DNA from: Candidatus Nealsonbacteria bacterium
GTDB taxonomy: Bacteria; Patescibacteriota; Minisyncoccia; Minisyncoccales; PWPS01
Direction: 5' to 3'
DNA length: 64,000 bases
Assembly: GCA_003560665.1 (NCBI GenBank)
Contig: PWKK01000023.1
Coordinates: 11,698-75,697, forward strand
The notes below the pieces were generated by a model, which worked only from the letters and a program-made list of their open reading frames with translations, searched no databases and had not been told where the DNA came from. Below, piece after piece: positions 38,428-46,375 of the stretch (position 1 is its first letter; each line of letters opens with the position of its first letter). The translations under genes and the position numbers were made by a program.

Positions 38428-39036
38428 TTATATTTTCTTATGCTCTGAATGTCCGATGTTTTTTTCACAATCGGAATCCAGTACCTTTTCTTTAACAGTT
38501 TCGTGATCACCATCATCTATTCCATCAAGCATTTCTTTCGCTTTTTCCGCAAGCATTCGTTGTTTTGCAAGAATCACTCCTTTTGACCCGCAGGAAAGCT
38601 TGGAAAGTGTTCCTACAATGTGGATTTGGTAATCTTCACCCAAAACTTTATAGAAAATATACTCTACTCTTTCCAAAGAAACATCGGAAGTTACGACAAC
38701 GACCTTCTTTTCTTTTTTAGGAATAAGAACTCTTGTTTTTGCAAAGTAAGCACTCGAAACAGTGTCTGTTGATTCTTTTTCGAGAAGGATGTGTTCGGGG
38801 TTAACTCCCAACGATACCAGGTAATCACGCATCGCTTCCGCCTCTGTAAATTCGGGAAGATTGTTTTTGGCAAGAGGGAAGTTATATTTTCCGCAAAGAA
38901 GCAGGGGAGCTTTATTTTCTTGGTAAATAGAAAACGCCTCTCGGAGACGCTTTACCGTTTCTTGCGAAATTCTTTTCTTTTTATCTATTCCTGTGCCGAG
39001 AACTATGATAAACATATAATTAATGTACTTTATCAT
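38428..39036 (-). CDS. DUF218 / YdcF-ElyC-SanA family protein
   Basis: IIVLGTGI...RLREAFSIYQENKAPLLLCGK...TEAEAMRDYLVSLGV...EKESTDT...VVVVTSDVSLERV matches the DUF218 pattern. Confidence 0.7.
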   Translation of the reverse strand: MIKYINYMFIIVLGTGIDKKKRISQETVKRLREAFSIYQENKAPLLLCGKYNFPLAKNNLPEFTEAEAMRDYLVSLGVNPEHILLEKESTDTVSSAYFAKTRVLIPKKEKKVVVVTSDVSLERVEYIFYKVLGEDYQIHIVGTLSKLSCGSKGVILAKQRMLAEKAKEMLDGIDDGDHETVKEKVLDSDCEKNIGHSEHKKI

Positions 39037-39073
39037 GAAAAGTAAAAAAAGAAAGGAGGAAGATTTATCTATC

Positions 39074-39694
39074 TCACCTCCTTTGGAAGTGCTTTTCTAA
39101 GTATTTTGGAAAGAAGAAAAGAGAGGAAAAACCGAAAGAAAAAAGAAAAAGAGATTTTCTTTCTATAGGCATGCAGTCCCAAAACCCCCTTCGAAAGCTC
39201 TTTAACGACGCTCTCCCTCTTATTTCTTGAGGAGTCTTTATCGATGGGGTTTCTCCTGGTCCAAAAGAGAACATTGCAAGCTCGGGCCCCTCATTTCCTC
39301 GAGGTTTTCTCTCTTCGTAATCAACCCAAATGTGAGTTAGAGAAGCGGAGATGCTGTACGGCAAACGGTGGTACTCGAGAACGGAAGAGAAAATAATCAT
39401 TTTTGTCTTGCAATCTCCTTTTCCCTTTGCAACGGCCTCTTCTACCGTGGGAAAGTACCACGGAAGATTATACGTCTCCCAGTCATAGTAGTAGGGAATC
39501 TCTATGTGTTCTTCTATTTCACCGGGAGTCATTCCGGTAAATTTTTCTGCAATGTGGCCGACAAAATACGAATCTACTGGCGGGCAGAAAACTCGGTGGA
39601 CACTTATGATGAGGGGTGCGGGATTAGGATACAAAGAAAAAAAAGGCAGTAAAAAGAACAAAAAAATTCCGAAGAGAACCAAATTTTTTCTCAC
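39074..39694 (-). CDS. Membrane-anchored transglutaminase-like (Cys-His) protein; GTG start
   Basis: N-terminal TM helix. GKGDCKTKMIIFSSVLEYHRLPYSISASLTHIWVDY has the G-x-C ... H-x-W arrangement of transglutaminase-like cores. An AAAGGAG ribosome-binding site precedes the GTG. Confidence 0.45.
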   Translation of the reverse strand: MRKNLVLFGIFLFFLLPFFSLYPNPAPLIISVHRVFCPPVDSYFVGHIAEKFTGMTPGEIEEHIEIPYYYDWETYNLPWYFPTVEEAVAKGKGDCKTKMIIFSSVLEYHRLPYSISASLTHIWVDYEERKPRGNEGPELAMFSFGPGETPSIKTPQEIRGRASLKSFRRGFWDCMPIERKSLFLFSFGFSSLFFFPKYLEKHFQRR

Positions 39695-39711
39695 GGCATA
39701 TTCTCCTTTCG

Positions 39712-39750
39712 TGTTATATTAAAGAACGTTTCTCATATTATACAACAAAT
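39712..39750 (-). promoter_or_regulatory. Copy C (partial) of the repeated promoter/leader
   Basis: The minus strand reads ttgtataatatgagaaacgttctttaatataac, versus copy B ttgtataatatagaaagatctttaaataac. Confidence 0.45.
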
Positions 39751-39761
39751 ATTATTTTTTA

Positions 39762-39788
39762 AAAGAAAAAACCGCCTTAAAGCGGCGG
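39762..39788 (-). terminator. Rho-independent terminator overlapping the stop of the 39777 ORF
   Basis: On the minus strand, CCGCC gctttaa GGCGG is followed by TTTTTTCTTTT. Confidence 0.55.
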
Positions 39789-40151
39789 CTTGTCTTTTTT
39801 AACAAAAGAAGTGGTTTTTTTTCTGAGAAGGAACATCTTTCTTATTAAAGCATTAAGTGTATGCAATAGTTCTTTTTGTTCTTCTTGCGAAAGAGAGACC
39901 CAAGTACTTTCCAGTATTTCCGACCCGTGATCTCTCTCTATCTCCGACAAAAGCTCTTCTGTCTCTTCTACGGCAAAAAGAAAATCAACTAGCTCGCTCA
40001 TGCACAGTTCGTAAACAACTTCCTGAATATTTCTTGATCTTCTTTTGTTTCTTCCTTTCCTTTTCTTTCTGTAATCTTCCATAAAGTAAAGATTATTCAA
40101 AAGAAACACCTCTTTTCTTCTTGTTTGGTAAAGAACAGCTTTTATTCCCAA
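39777..40151 (-). CDS. Hypothetical protein with a basic N-terminus (KKRKGRNKRRSR); start uncertain
   Basis: It is the last gene of the 41355-to-39777 minus-strand operon and I recognise no family. An alternative start is MEDYRKK at about 40082. Confidence 0.4.
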   Translation of the reverse strand: MGIKAVLYQTRRKEVFLLNNLYFMEDYRKKRKGRNKRRSRNIQEVVYELCMSELVDFLFAVEETEELLSEIERDHGSEILESTWVSLSQEEQKELLHTLNALIRKMFLLRKKTTSFVKKDKPPL

Positions 40152-40747
40152 CTGATTCTATATTCGTCATAAGGGCTTTCTTTGTGAACGCATTTTATCT
40201 CTTCAACGGTAATTTTTTCCACTTTCAAGATAAATTCTGCCATGCCCTTGATATAGCCTGCGTGATAGATGCAGAGCAAAGGATGTGTTTTGTATTCGTG
40301 AATCCGTAAAACCGCTTGTTGCGATTCCGTGTTAAAATCCAGTGGTTCTATAAAACCAAAATCAAAAAGGTTTTTCCAGTAAAGCGGGGATTCTTCAAAT
40401 AGTCTTTTAGGAAGAACAACGTTTTGCACGAGCATTCTCAGTCCAAGAGAAAAGCGGGGCCCCGACTCTCCCATCTCAAAAACATCTTTTTCTTCCCAGA
40501 AAAAAATATCCTTGGCGGTGACAATTACCAAACAGCTCAACCCTTCACCGAGCCAGTCAAGGGGCTTTATCTTTTTGAAATTTACCGGGTGACCCAAATC
40601 GGAAAGCTTTTCTTCCAATTTTTTCAAACCACCTCTTCCTTCCTTTTCTTCGATGTATTTCGCGTGATTGAGAAAAATCTCTCCTCTCACTTTCCCGGGA
40701 ATTTTTATTAGTTTATCGGCTGTGTTTTTTAATGTTTCTTTTTCCAT
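40142..40747 (-). CDS. DUF2378/TIGR02265-like protein, paralog 2
   Basis: MEKETLKNTADKL...VRGEIFLNHAKYIEEKEG...CIYHAGYIKGMAEFIL...SPYDEYRISWE. Roughly 45% identical by eye to the upstream neighbour. I prefer ATG 40747 over the track's GTG at 40762. Confidence 0.5.
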   Translation of the reverse strand: MEKETLKNTADKLIKIPGKVRGEIFLNHAKYIEEKEGRGGLKKLEEKLSDLGHPVNFKKIKPLDWLGEGLSCLVIVTAKDIFFWEEKDVFEMGESGPRFSLGLRMLVQNVVLPKRLFEESPLYWKNLFDFGFIEPLDFNTESQQAVLRIHEYKTHPLLCIYHAGYIKGMAEFILKVEKITVEEIKCVHKESPYDEYRISWE

Positions 40748-40752
40748 TTTTA

Positions 40753-41355
40753 TCAATTCCACTGTATAACAAATTCATTGTAAGGCGAGCCTTCGTGGGC
40801 CGATGCTGTCTGCTCAACACTTATTTCTTGGCTTTTTACAACAAATTCCGCTAAACCCCTAAAGTATCCTGCATGGTAAAAGCAAACGGTGGGATGGGTC
40901 TTGAAATCTTTCTCTCTTAAAATAATTTTGTTTTCTTCTCGGTGAAAATCTATTTCTACTTCGCCAAAATCATAGTGTTTATCCCAGTACTTGGTAGCGT
41001 TTTTAAAAAGAGACTCGACAGAAACAAGATATTGAATCATCAATTTAATAATAAAAGAGGCTCGCGGAGCAAATCTTCCCATTTCAAAAACATCTTTATC
41101 CGTCCAGTTAAATAATTCTTTGGCAACAACTATTGTCAGAGAACTCATTCCCTCGCTTATCCACTCAAAAGACTTTATTTCGTTGAGTTTTATTGGAGCA
41201 CCCAACTCTTCCATTTTTTCTTCCAATCTTTTTACCCCCTCTTCTCCCTCTTTGTGTCTGATATAGTCTGCGTGCGTTCGGAAAACTTCCCCTTTTACAT
41301 TTCCGGAAAAGTTTTTCAATCTATTGGCGGTTTGTTGAAGTGTTTCTTTTTCCAT
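40753..41355 (-). CDS. DUF2378/TIGR02265-like protein, paralog 1
   Basis: MEKETLQQTANRL...VKGEVFRTHADYIRHKEG...CFYHAGYFRGLAEFVV...SPYNEFVIQWN. The family assignment comes from my memory of the pattern, not from a search. Confidence 0.5.
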   Translation of the reverse strand: MEKETLQQTANRLKNFSGNVKGEVFRTHADYIRHKEGEEGVKRLEEKMEELGAPIKLNEIKSFEWISEGMSSLTIVVAKELFNWTDKDVFEMGRFAPRASFIIKLMIQYLVSVESLFKNATKYWDKHYDFGEVEIDFHREENKIILREKDFKTHPTVCFYHAGYFRGLAEFVVKSQEISVEQTASAHEGSPYNEFVIQWN

Positions 41356-41484
41356 AATTTCATTTTACACTTTTAAAAAAACGTGTCCAGAGAGATTTTT
41401 GCGAACGATTTTTCCCTTTTTCGGTGAGTTTTGGTATAATAAATCAGAATTACATTTGGAAAATAAAAATTATTTGGCAGTTAC

Positions 41485-42021
41485 ATGATTTATTATCTTA
41501 AAGGCAGTGTCGTTATAAAAGAGAAAGACTTTATTGTTATTGATGTTGGTGGGGTCGGATACAAGGTTTTTGTTGATCGAGAAGAAGAAGATTTCGAAAA
41601 GAAATCCACCGTCTACTGCTTTATGCAAAAAACAGAAAAAGATATCCGTCTTTACGGTTTTAAAAGAAAAGAAAATCTGGAGCTTTTCGAGAAATTGACC
41701 AAGATTTCCGGTATCGGTCCGAAAACTGCTCTCCGTATTGCATCTATCGCTTCGGTAGAAGAACTTAAAAGGGGAATAGAAAAGGAAGATAAAAGAGTAA
41801 TGAAAAAGATATTTAGTATCGGTAAAAAGAAAGGGCAACAGGTTGTTTTTGAGTTATCACAAAAGTTCGTCAAAGAAAAGGAAGAAGAGGATGCATTTAA
41901 AACGCTGAAAACACTCGGATTTTGCGACACAGAGATAAACGAAGCTCTTGGGAAGGTTTCCGGAGAAAAAAGTGAGGAAGAAAGGGTTTCCGAGGCGTTA
42001 AAAATACTAGGAAATGATTAA
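41485..42021 (+). CDS. ruvA: Holliday junction DNA helicase subunit RuvA
   Basis: MIYYLKGSVV...IDVGGVGYKVFV...LYGF...LFEKLTKISGIGPKTALRI contains the HhH motifs. A TGGTATAAT promoter lies at about 41432-41440. Confidence 0.9.
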   Translation: MIYYLKGSVVIKEKDFIVIDVGGVGYKVFVDREEEDFEKKSTVYCFMQKTEKDIRLYGFKRKENLELFEKLTKISGIGPKTALRIASIASVEELKRGIEKEDKRVMKKIFSIGKKKGQQVVFELSQKFVKEKEEEDAFKTLKTLGFCDTEINEALGKVSGEKSEEERVSEALKILGND

Positions 42022-43255
42022 AAAAATATTGCGGAAAATAAAGCCGCTAATAAGCTTTTATCATTTTTTTTACGCTTTTTTTGGAGCAGTTCTCTATCTT
42101 TTTCCTTCAAGAAAAATAAAAGTATTTGCGGTAACGGGAACGAACGGGAAAACAACCACTGTTGATCTGACGGCAAGAGTTTTCAGAGAAGCGGGTTTTA
42201 GGGTGGCTGCTTTTTCCTCGGTAAAGTTTGAAATAGCAGGAGAAGAGGAGCCCAATCTTTTTAAAATGACGATGCCCGGAAGAACCGTGATTCAAGGGTT
42301 GCTCAGAAAGGCGGTTAAAAAAGGGTGTCAGATAGCGATTTTAGAAGTTACGTCGGAAGGGATAAAACAACACCGCCATCGGTTTATAAGATTCGATGCC
42401 GCTTGTTTTACCAATCTTTCTCCCGAGCATATCGAATCCCATGGTGGATTTGAGAACTATAAAAAGGAAAAAGGAAAGCTTTTCCTGGCAACAAAAGACA
42501 CACACATCATCAACATAGACGACGAAAACGCCGATTACTTTTTAGGGATTCCCAGCAGAGAAAAGATTACTTACGGAATAGAAAACAAAAAAGCCTTGCT
42601 TAGAGCAGAAAAGGTAAAGGGCTCCGCACAAGAAATTAGTTTTATTGTCAAAGAGGACGCTTTTCGCTTGGGATTGACGGGAAAATTTAACATTTATAAC
42701 GCGCTTGCTGCAATCGCTTTTGCAAAAAAAGAAGCGGTGGATATGGAAGCCGTGAAGAGAGCCTTTCAAAAAACAAAAATTATACCCGGGAGAATGGAAG
42801 AGGTTGTTTCTTCTCCTTTCCGTGTTATTGTTGATTACGCTGTTACTCCGGTAACACTTGAAGGGGTGTATCGAGAAGTAAAGGAAAGCTTTTCTCCTTC
42901 AAGGATAATTGCCGTGCTTGGGTCTTGCGGGGGAGGGAGAGACAGGTGGAAGAGGCCGGTTTTAGGAGAGATAGCAGCAAAGCATGGCGATGTGGTTGTT
43001 GTTACAAATGAAGATCCTTACGACGAAGATCCCGAAGAGATCATTGACGAAATAATCGCTGGAACGAGTGGGAAGGGAGAAAAAGTGATCGACAGAAGAG
43101 AGGCAATAAGAAAGGCGGTGCAGATAGCAAAACCCGGTGATGTGGTGGTAATTACCGGCAAAGGGAGCGAGCCGTTGATGTGTCTTGCCGGAGGAAAGAA
43201 GATTTCTTGGGACGATCGTCAAATAGTCAGAGAAGAACATTCAAAGGTTAATTGA
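42014..43255 (+). CDS. murE: Mur ligase family protein, MurE-like (short N-terminus)
   Basis: VTGTNGKTTT is the P-loop. TMPGRTVIQGLLRKAV...ILEVTSEGIKQHR...FTNLSPEHIESHGGFENYKKEKGKLF matches MurE blocks. 413 aa. Confidence 0.75.
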   Translation: MIKKILRKIKPLISFYHFFYAFFGAVLYLFPSRKIKVFAVTGTNGKTTTVDLTARVFREAGFRVAAFSSVKFEIAGEEEPNLFKMTMPGRTVIQGLLRKAVKKGCQIAILEVTSEGIKQHRHRFIRFDAACFTNLSPEHIESHGGFENYKKEKGKLFLATKDTHIINIDDENADYFLGIPSREKITYGIENKKALLRAEKVKGSAQEISFIVKEDAFRLGLTGKFNIYNALAAIAFAKKEAVDMEAVKRAFQKTKIIPGRMEEVVSSPFRVIVDYAVTPVTLEGVYREVKESFSPSRIIAVLGSCGGGRDRWKRPVLGEIAAKHGDVVVVTNEDPYDEDPEEIIDEIIAGTSGKGEKVIDRREAIRKAVQIAKPGDVVVITGKGSEPLMCLAGGKKISWDDRQIVREEHSKVN

Positions 43256-43286
43256 TTTTCCGGCAAAAAAGTGATATTTTGGTCAT

Positions 43287-43436
43287 ATGAAAAAGAAACT
43301 CCCAAAAGGTATCAGGAAACATATCAGGAAAGAAAAGGCTCGTATTAGGAGGGATTTTAGTGACAAAAAAGAACAGCGAGAGTTAATCGAAAAATTAAAA
43401 GAAAATATTATAAAAAAACAAAGGCATGACCATTGA
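43287..43436 (+). CDS. 49-aa strongly basic small ORF (below the track's size cutoff)
   Basis: MKKKLPKGIRKHIRKEKARIRRDFSDKKEQRELIEKLKENIIKKQRHDH. It fills the murE-NIF3 gap and overlaps the next ATG by 11 nt. No ribosomal-protein family recognised. Confidence 0.3.
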   Translation: MKKKLPKGIRKHIRKEKARIRRDFSDKKEQRELIEKLKENIIKKQRHDH

Positions 43437-44376
43437 AGAAATATATAATCTGGCAATAAAAGAAGGCATTAAAGCGGATTTTCGGGGAGAGGAAGAGATT
43501 CGGAATAACCAGAAACGATTGAAGGAGAAGTTCGATAAAATGAAAGAAGGAGAAAAAGAAGAGTATGACGAGGAAAGGCTAACCAATCCTTATTCGGATA
43601 CGAGAATTCTTTTCGGAGATCCCAAAAAAAAGATAAAAAATGTTCTTGTCGGAATAGATATTGATGGTGAGGAAATGCTCCTTGCAAAAGAGATGAAGAA
43701 TATTGACCTTGTTGTTTCTCATCATCCGCGAGGGAGAGGACTTGCTGGACTGGACGATGTAATGCAACTGCAGGTTGATGTAATGCACATGTACGGAGTA
43801 CCGGTGAACATTGCAGAGAAGATGATTAGGAAAAGAATAGAAGAGGTTGCTCGCGGACTGTCACCGGCTAACCACAACAGAGTTGTTGATACGGCAAGAC
43901 ACCTCGATATCCCACTGATGTGTATTCATACGCCATGTGATAATTTAGCTGCTCGATTTGTTGACGATAAGTTGAAAGAGGATAAACCGAAGTTTGTCGG
44001 TGATGTTATCGATTCTCTAAAAAAAGTTCCCGAGTACAAAGAGGCTGTTAAAACAGGAGTAGGGCCGAAGATTTTTGTGGGAGGGCGAGAAAATAGAGCG
44101 GGAAAAATAGTTATCAGCGAGATGACGGGAGGAACGGAAGGAGCACCCGAGATTTATGAAAAGTTGGCACAAGCCGGAGCAGGAACGGTTATCGGAATGC
44201 ACATTTCCGAAAAACACCGTGAAGAAGCGGAAAAAGCACATATTAATGTTGTCATCGCGGGACACATCTCTTCAGATTCGATAGGAGTTAATCTTTTCCT
44301 AGACTATTTAGAAAAAAAAGGAATTAACATTTATTCTTGTTCGGGCCTAACAAGGGTTTCGAGGAATAAAAAATAA
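43426..44376 (+). CDS. NIF3 (DUF34) family dinuclear-metal-centre protein
   Basis: The motifs VVSHHPRG, CIHTPCDN and VIAGHISSDSIG follow the HHP / HT.D / GH..SE pattern of NIF3. Confidence 0.6.
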   Translation: MTIEEIYNLAIKEGIKADFRGEEEIRNNQKRLKEKFDKMKEGEKEEYDEERLTNPYSDTRILFGDPKKKIKNVLVGIDIDGEEMLLAKEMKNIDLVVSHHPRGRGLAGLDDVMQLQVDVMHMYGVPVNIAEKMIRKRIEEVARGLSPANHNRVVDTARHLDIPLMCIHTPCDNLAARFVDDKLKEDKPKFVGDVIDSLKKVPEYKEAVKTGVGPKIFVGGRENRAGKIVISEMTGGTEGAPEIYEKLAQAGAGTVIGMHISEKHREEAEKAHINVVIAGHISSDSIGVNLFLDYLEKKGINIYSCSGLTRVSRNKK

Positions 44377-44597
44377 CTGAAGGAAGTTTGACAAAATACG
44401 GGAAAAGTGTAAGATTTAGTATTCTCATGAAGAAAGAAGATTACAAAAAAACAACTACAGTCAACCCTTTGGATGGGAATGTTTTTTGTTTTTTATCAAT
44501 CGACACCATTAAAGAAGTAGAGATTTAGGGGAGTTCTGAGTAAAGAAAAAAAGAAACGAACCCCCTCCAGACAAGGGGATTAATTTTTATAAAAACC

Positions 44598-45068
44598 ATG
44601 AGCGACAAAAAATATTACCTAACTAAAGGCGGATTGGAGAGAGTGAAAAAAGAACACGAAGAGCTGAAAAAAAAGCGAAAAGAAAAGTTGAAAGTGGAAG
44701 CCCCCGAAGCATCTCACTCTGAAGATGTTGACCCTGAGTATCTGGCCTTTCGAAAGGATCTTGGTATTTTGGAGGGGAAAATAATGAAGATGGAAGAGAT
44801 TGTAAGAAATGCAGAGATAATAAAGCTTCCTCCGAAGGGGTGCAAAGAGGTTCGTCTGGGTGCAGAGGTGGTTCTCGATGACCAAGGGAAAGAAAGCAAA
44901 GTTATTCTAGTAGGAACAGTGGAGGCCGACCCCATCTTAGGTAAAATTTCCGACGAGTCTCCTCTCGGAAAAGCATTTTTAGGAAAAAGGGAAGGGGAAG
45001 AAGTTGCAGTATGCTCTACCGTTCAGAGGATTTATAAAATAAAGAAGGTTAGTTATCCGTCATTGTAA
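44598..45068 (+). CDS. greA: Transcription elongation factor GreA
   Basis: YYLTKGGLERVKKEHEEL starts the N-terminal coiled coil. The C-terminal domain reads VRLGAEVVL...ISDESPLGKAFLGKREGEEV. Confidence 0.9.
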   Translation: MSDKKYYLTKGGLERVKKEHEELKKKRKEKLKVEAPEASHSEDVDPEYLAFRKDLGILEGKIMKMEEIVRNAEIIKLPPKGCKEVRLGAEVVLDDQGKESKVILVGTVEADPILGKISDESPLGKAFLGKREGEEVAVCSTVQRIYKIKKVSYPSL

Positions 45069-45139
45069 TTGTTTCTTTTTTATAGTATTTTAAAAAGCAG
45101 AATATTTATTCTGTTTTTTATTTTACCTTTTTCAAGGTT

Positions 45140-45754
45140 ATGCTTAAGCCCAACCGTCTTATCGTTAAAATAATCGCGGCTTACTTCTTTATCACCGCGG
45201 GGTGGGGATTGATTGCTCCTATTTTTGCTCTCTTTATTACCGGTCAGATAAGAGGTGGGTCCTTGGAAATTGTGGGAATCGCTGTAGGTATTCACTGGAT
45301 AGTTTAATCTACCATTCAACCTTTTCTGGCCTACAGAATGGATGTGGTCAAAGGAGAGCATGATGATATGATTTTTCTTCTCAACGGAACAATTGTTGCC
45401 ACGGTAGTTCCTCTTGTTTATATTTTTGCTTGGGATGCGTGGCACATTATTTTTTTAGAAGCGGTAAGAGGAGTGGGCTTAGCAATGGTTATTCCGACAT
45501 TAAGCGGGATGTTCACAAGACATGTTGATAAAGATTGGGAAAGCTATGCATGGAGTCTTCAGAGCACGGGAATGGGTTTTGCCGCCGGATTTTCCGCTAT
45601 TTTTGGGGGAGTAATCGCGGCTGTCCTAGGCTTTAATACAGTGTTTGTTTTGGTTTCTTTGATTAGCGCTGTTTCAATGGCAATAATATATTTTGCAATT
45701 AAAACCGACCCTTGGCTTCGAGATGGAAGTGAGGATTTGAATAATACGGACTAG
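45140..45754 (+). pseudogene. Truncated MFS-type transporter interrupted by an in-frame TAA
   Basis: ATG 45140 opens MLKPNRLIVKIIAAYFFITAGWGLIAPIFALFITGQIRGGSLEIVGIAVGIHWIV. A TAA follows at 45305-45307, and the same frame continues STIQPFLAYRMDVVKGEHDD...MVIPTLSGMFTRHV.... The total is only about 205 codons, half the usual MFS length. Confidence 0.5.
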
Positions 45755-45771
45755 AAACTATTTTTACAATT

Positions 45772-45803
45772 AAAAAGCCCCGCTTTTAGCGGAGGTTTTT
45801 ATT
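45772..45803. terminator. Bidirectional rho-independent terminator between convergent genes
   Basis: The CCCCGCT ttt AGCGGAGG hairpin (45778-45795) is flanked by an A-run upstream and a T-run downstream, so it can serve both the + strand MFS remnant and the - strand rplT. Confidence 0.6.
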
Positions 45804-45826
45804 TAGAATTAAAAGAAGAGTTGTAT

Positions 45827-46174
45827 TTATTCTTTTACCATCTCAACTATCTTTTTAAAAGTTTCCGGTCGTTCTTTTGCGAGAGTACTGAGCACTTTTC
45901 GGTCAAGTTCAACATTCTTTCTTTTTAAGTTGTAGATAAACTCTCTATAGTTTGTTCCGTTTTTTCTACAAGCAGTGTTGATTGCAATATTCCACAACTT
46001 TCTCATCTCTCTCTTTTTTGCTTTTCGATCACGGTAGGTGTAGCTCCAAGCTTTCATCAATGCTTCCTTTGCTGCCTTGAACTTGTTTTTTCTCCCCCAG
46101 CGAAAACCCTTCGCGTCTCTTAAAACGTTTTTTCTTTTTTTATGCAGAGTTGTTCCTTTTTTAATTCGCGTCAT
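45827..46174 (-). CDS. rplT: 50S ribosomal protein L20
   Basis: MTRIKKGTTLHKKRKNVLRDAKGFRWGRKNKFKAAKEALMKAWSYTYRDRKAKKR is the canonical L20 sequence. Confidence 0.95.
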   Translation of the reverse strand: MTRIKKGTTLHKKRKNVLRDAKGFRWGRKNKFKAAKEALMKAWSYTYRDRKAKKREMRKLWNIAINTACRKNGTNYREFIYNLKRKNVELDRKVLSTLAKERPETFKKIVEMVKE

Positions 46175-46177
46175 AGG

Positions 46178-46375
46178 TTAGTAGGTTAAGGATTTTTTTA
46201 TCTTTTTTGCTTCCTCGGGACTCATCTCTCTTAAACGGCGAAGGTTTCTACGGTTTTTTCCCGTATTTTTGGCACGATAGTGCATCTGCCCCGCAAGACG
46301 GCGCAGTACTTTTCCGGTTTTGGTAATCTTAAATCTCTTTAAGACGGATTTTCTTGTTTTTGGTTTTGTTTTCAT
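46178..46375 (-). CDS. rpmI: 50S ribosomal protein L35
   Basis: MKTKPKTRKSVLKRFKITKTGKVLRRLAGQMHY.... It lies between infC and rplT. Confidence 0.9.
   Translation of the reverse strand: MKTKPKTRKSVLKRFKITKTGKVLRRLAGQMHYRAKNTGKNRRNLRRLREMSPEEAKKIKKSLTY

Noticed and set aside
35092-41360. Calling the tRNA-Ser-adjacent block a genomic island or prophage.
   Set aside because: I found no integrase, phage or conjugation genes and no direct repeat of the tRNA-Ser 3' end. The closest match is an 8-nt ccccctcc at about 44560, which is within chance expectation. I kept it only as a low-key finding.
41470-41838. 122-aa minus-strand ORF overlapping ruvA.
   Set aside because: It is antisense to a clear RuvA sequence and the translation is F/K-rich low complexity.
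44377-44597. 33-aa ORF (MKKEDYKKTTTVNPLDGNVFCFLSIDTIKEVEI) and a GGGGAG...CCCCTCC hairpin in the roughly 170-nt greA leader, as a possible leader peptide or attenuator.
   Set aside because: A TTGACA-16-TAAGAT promoter is plausible, but nothing in the sequence alone distinguishes a regulatory leader from an ordinary 5' UTR. There is no T-run after the hairpin.
45305-45307. Alternative genetic code or stop-codon reassignment suggested by the in-frame TAA in the MFS gene.
   Set aside because: TAA, TAG and TGA each terminate well-conserved genes at the expected lengths in this window: rpoC and recA end in TAA, rpoB and pnp in TAG, rpsO and murE in TGA. The standard code fits.
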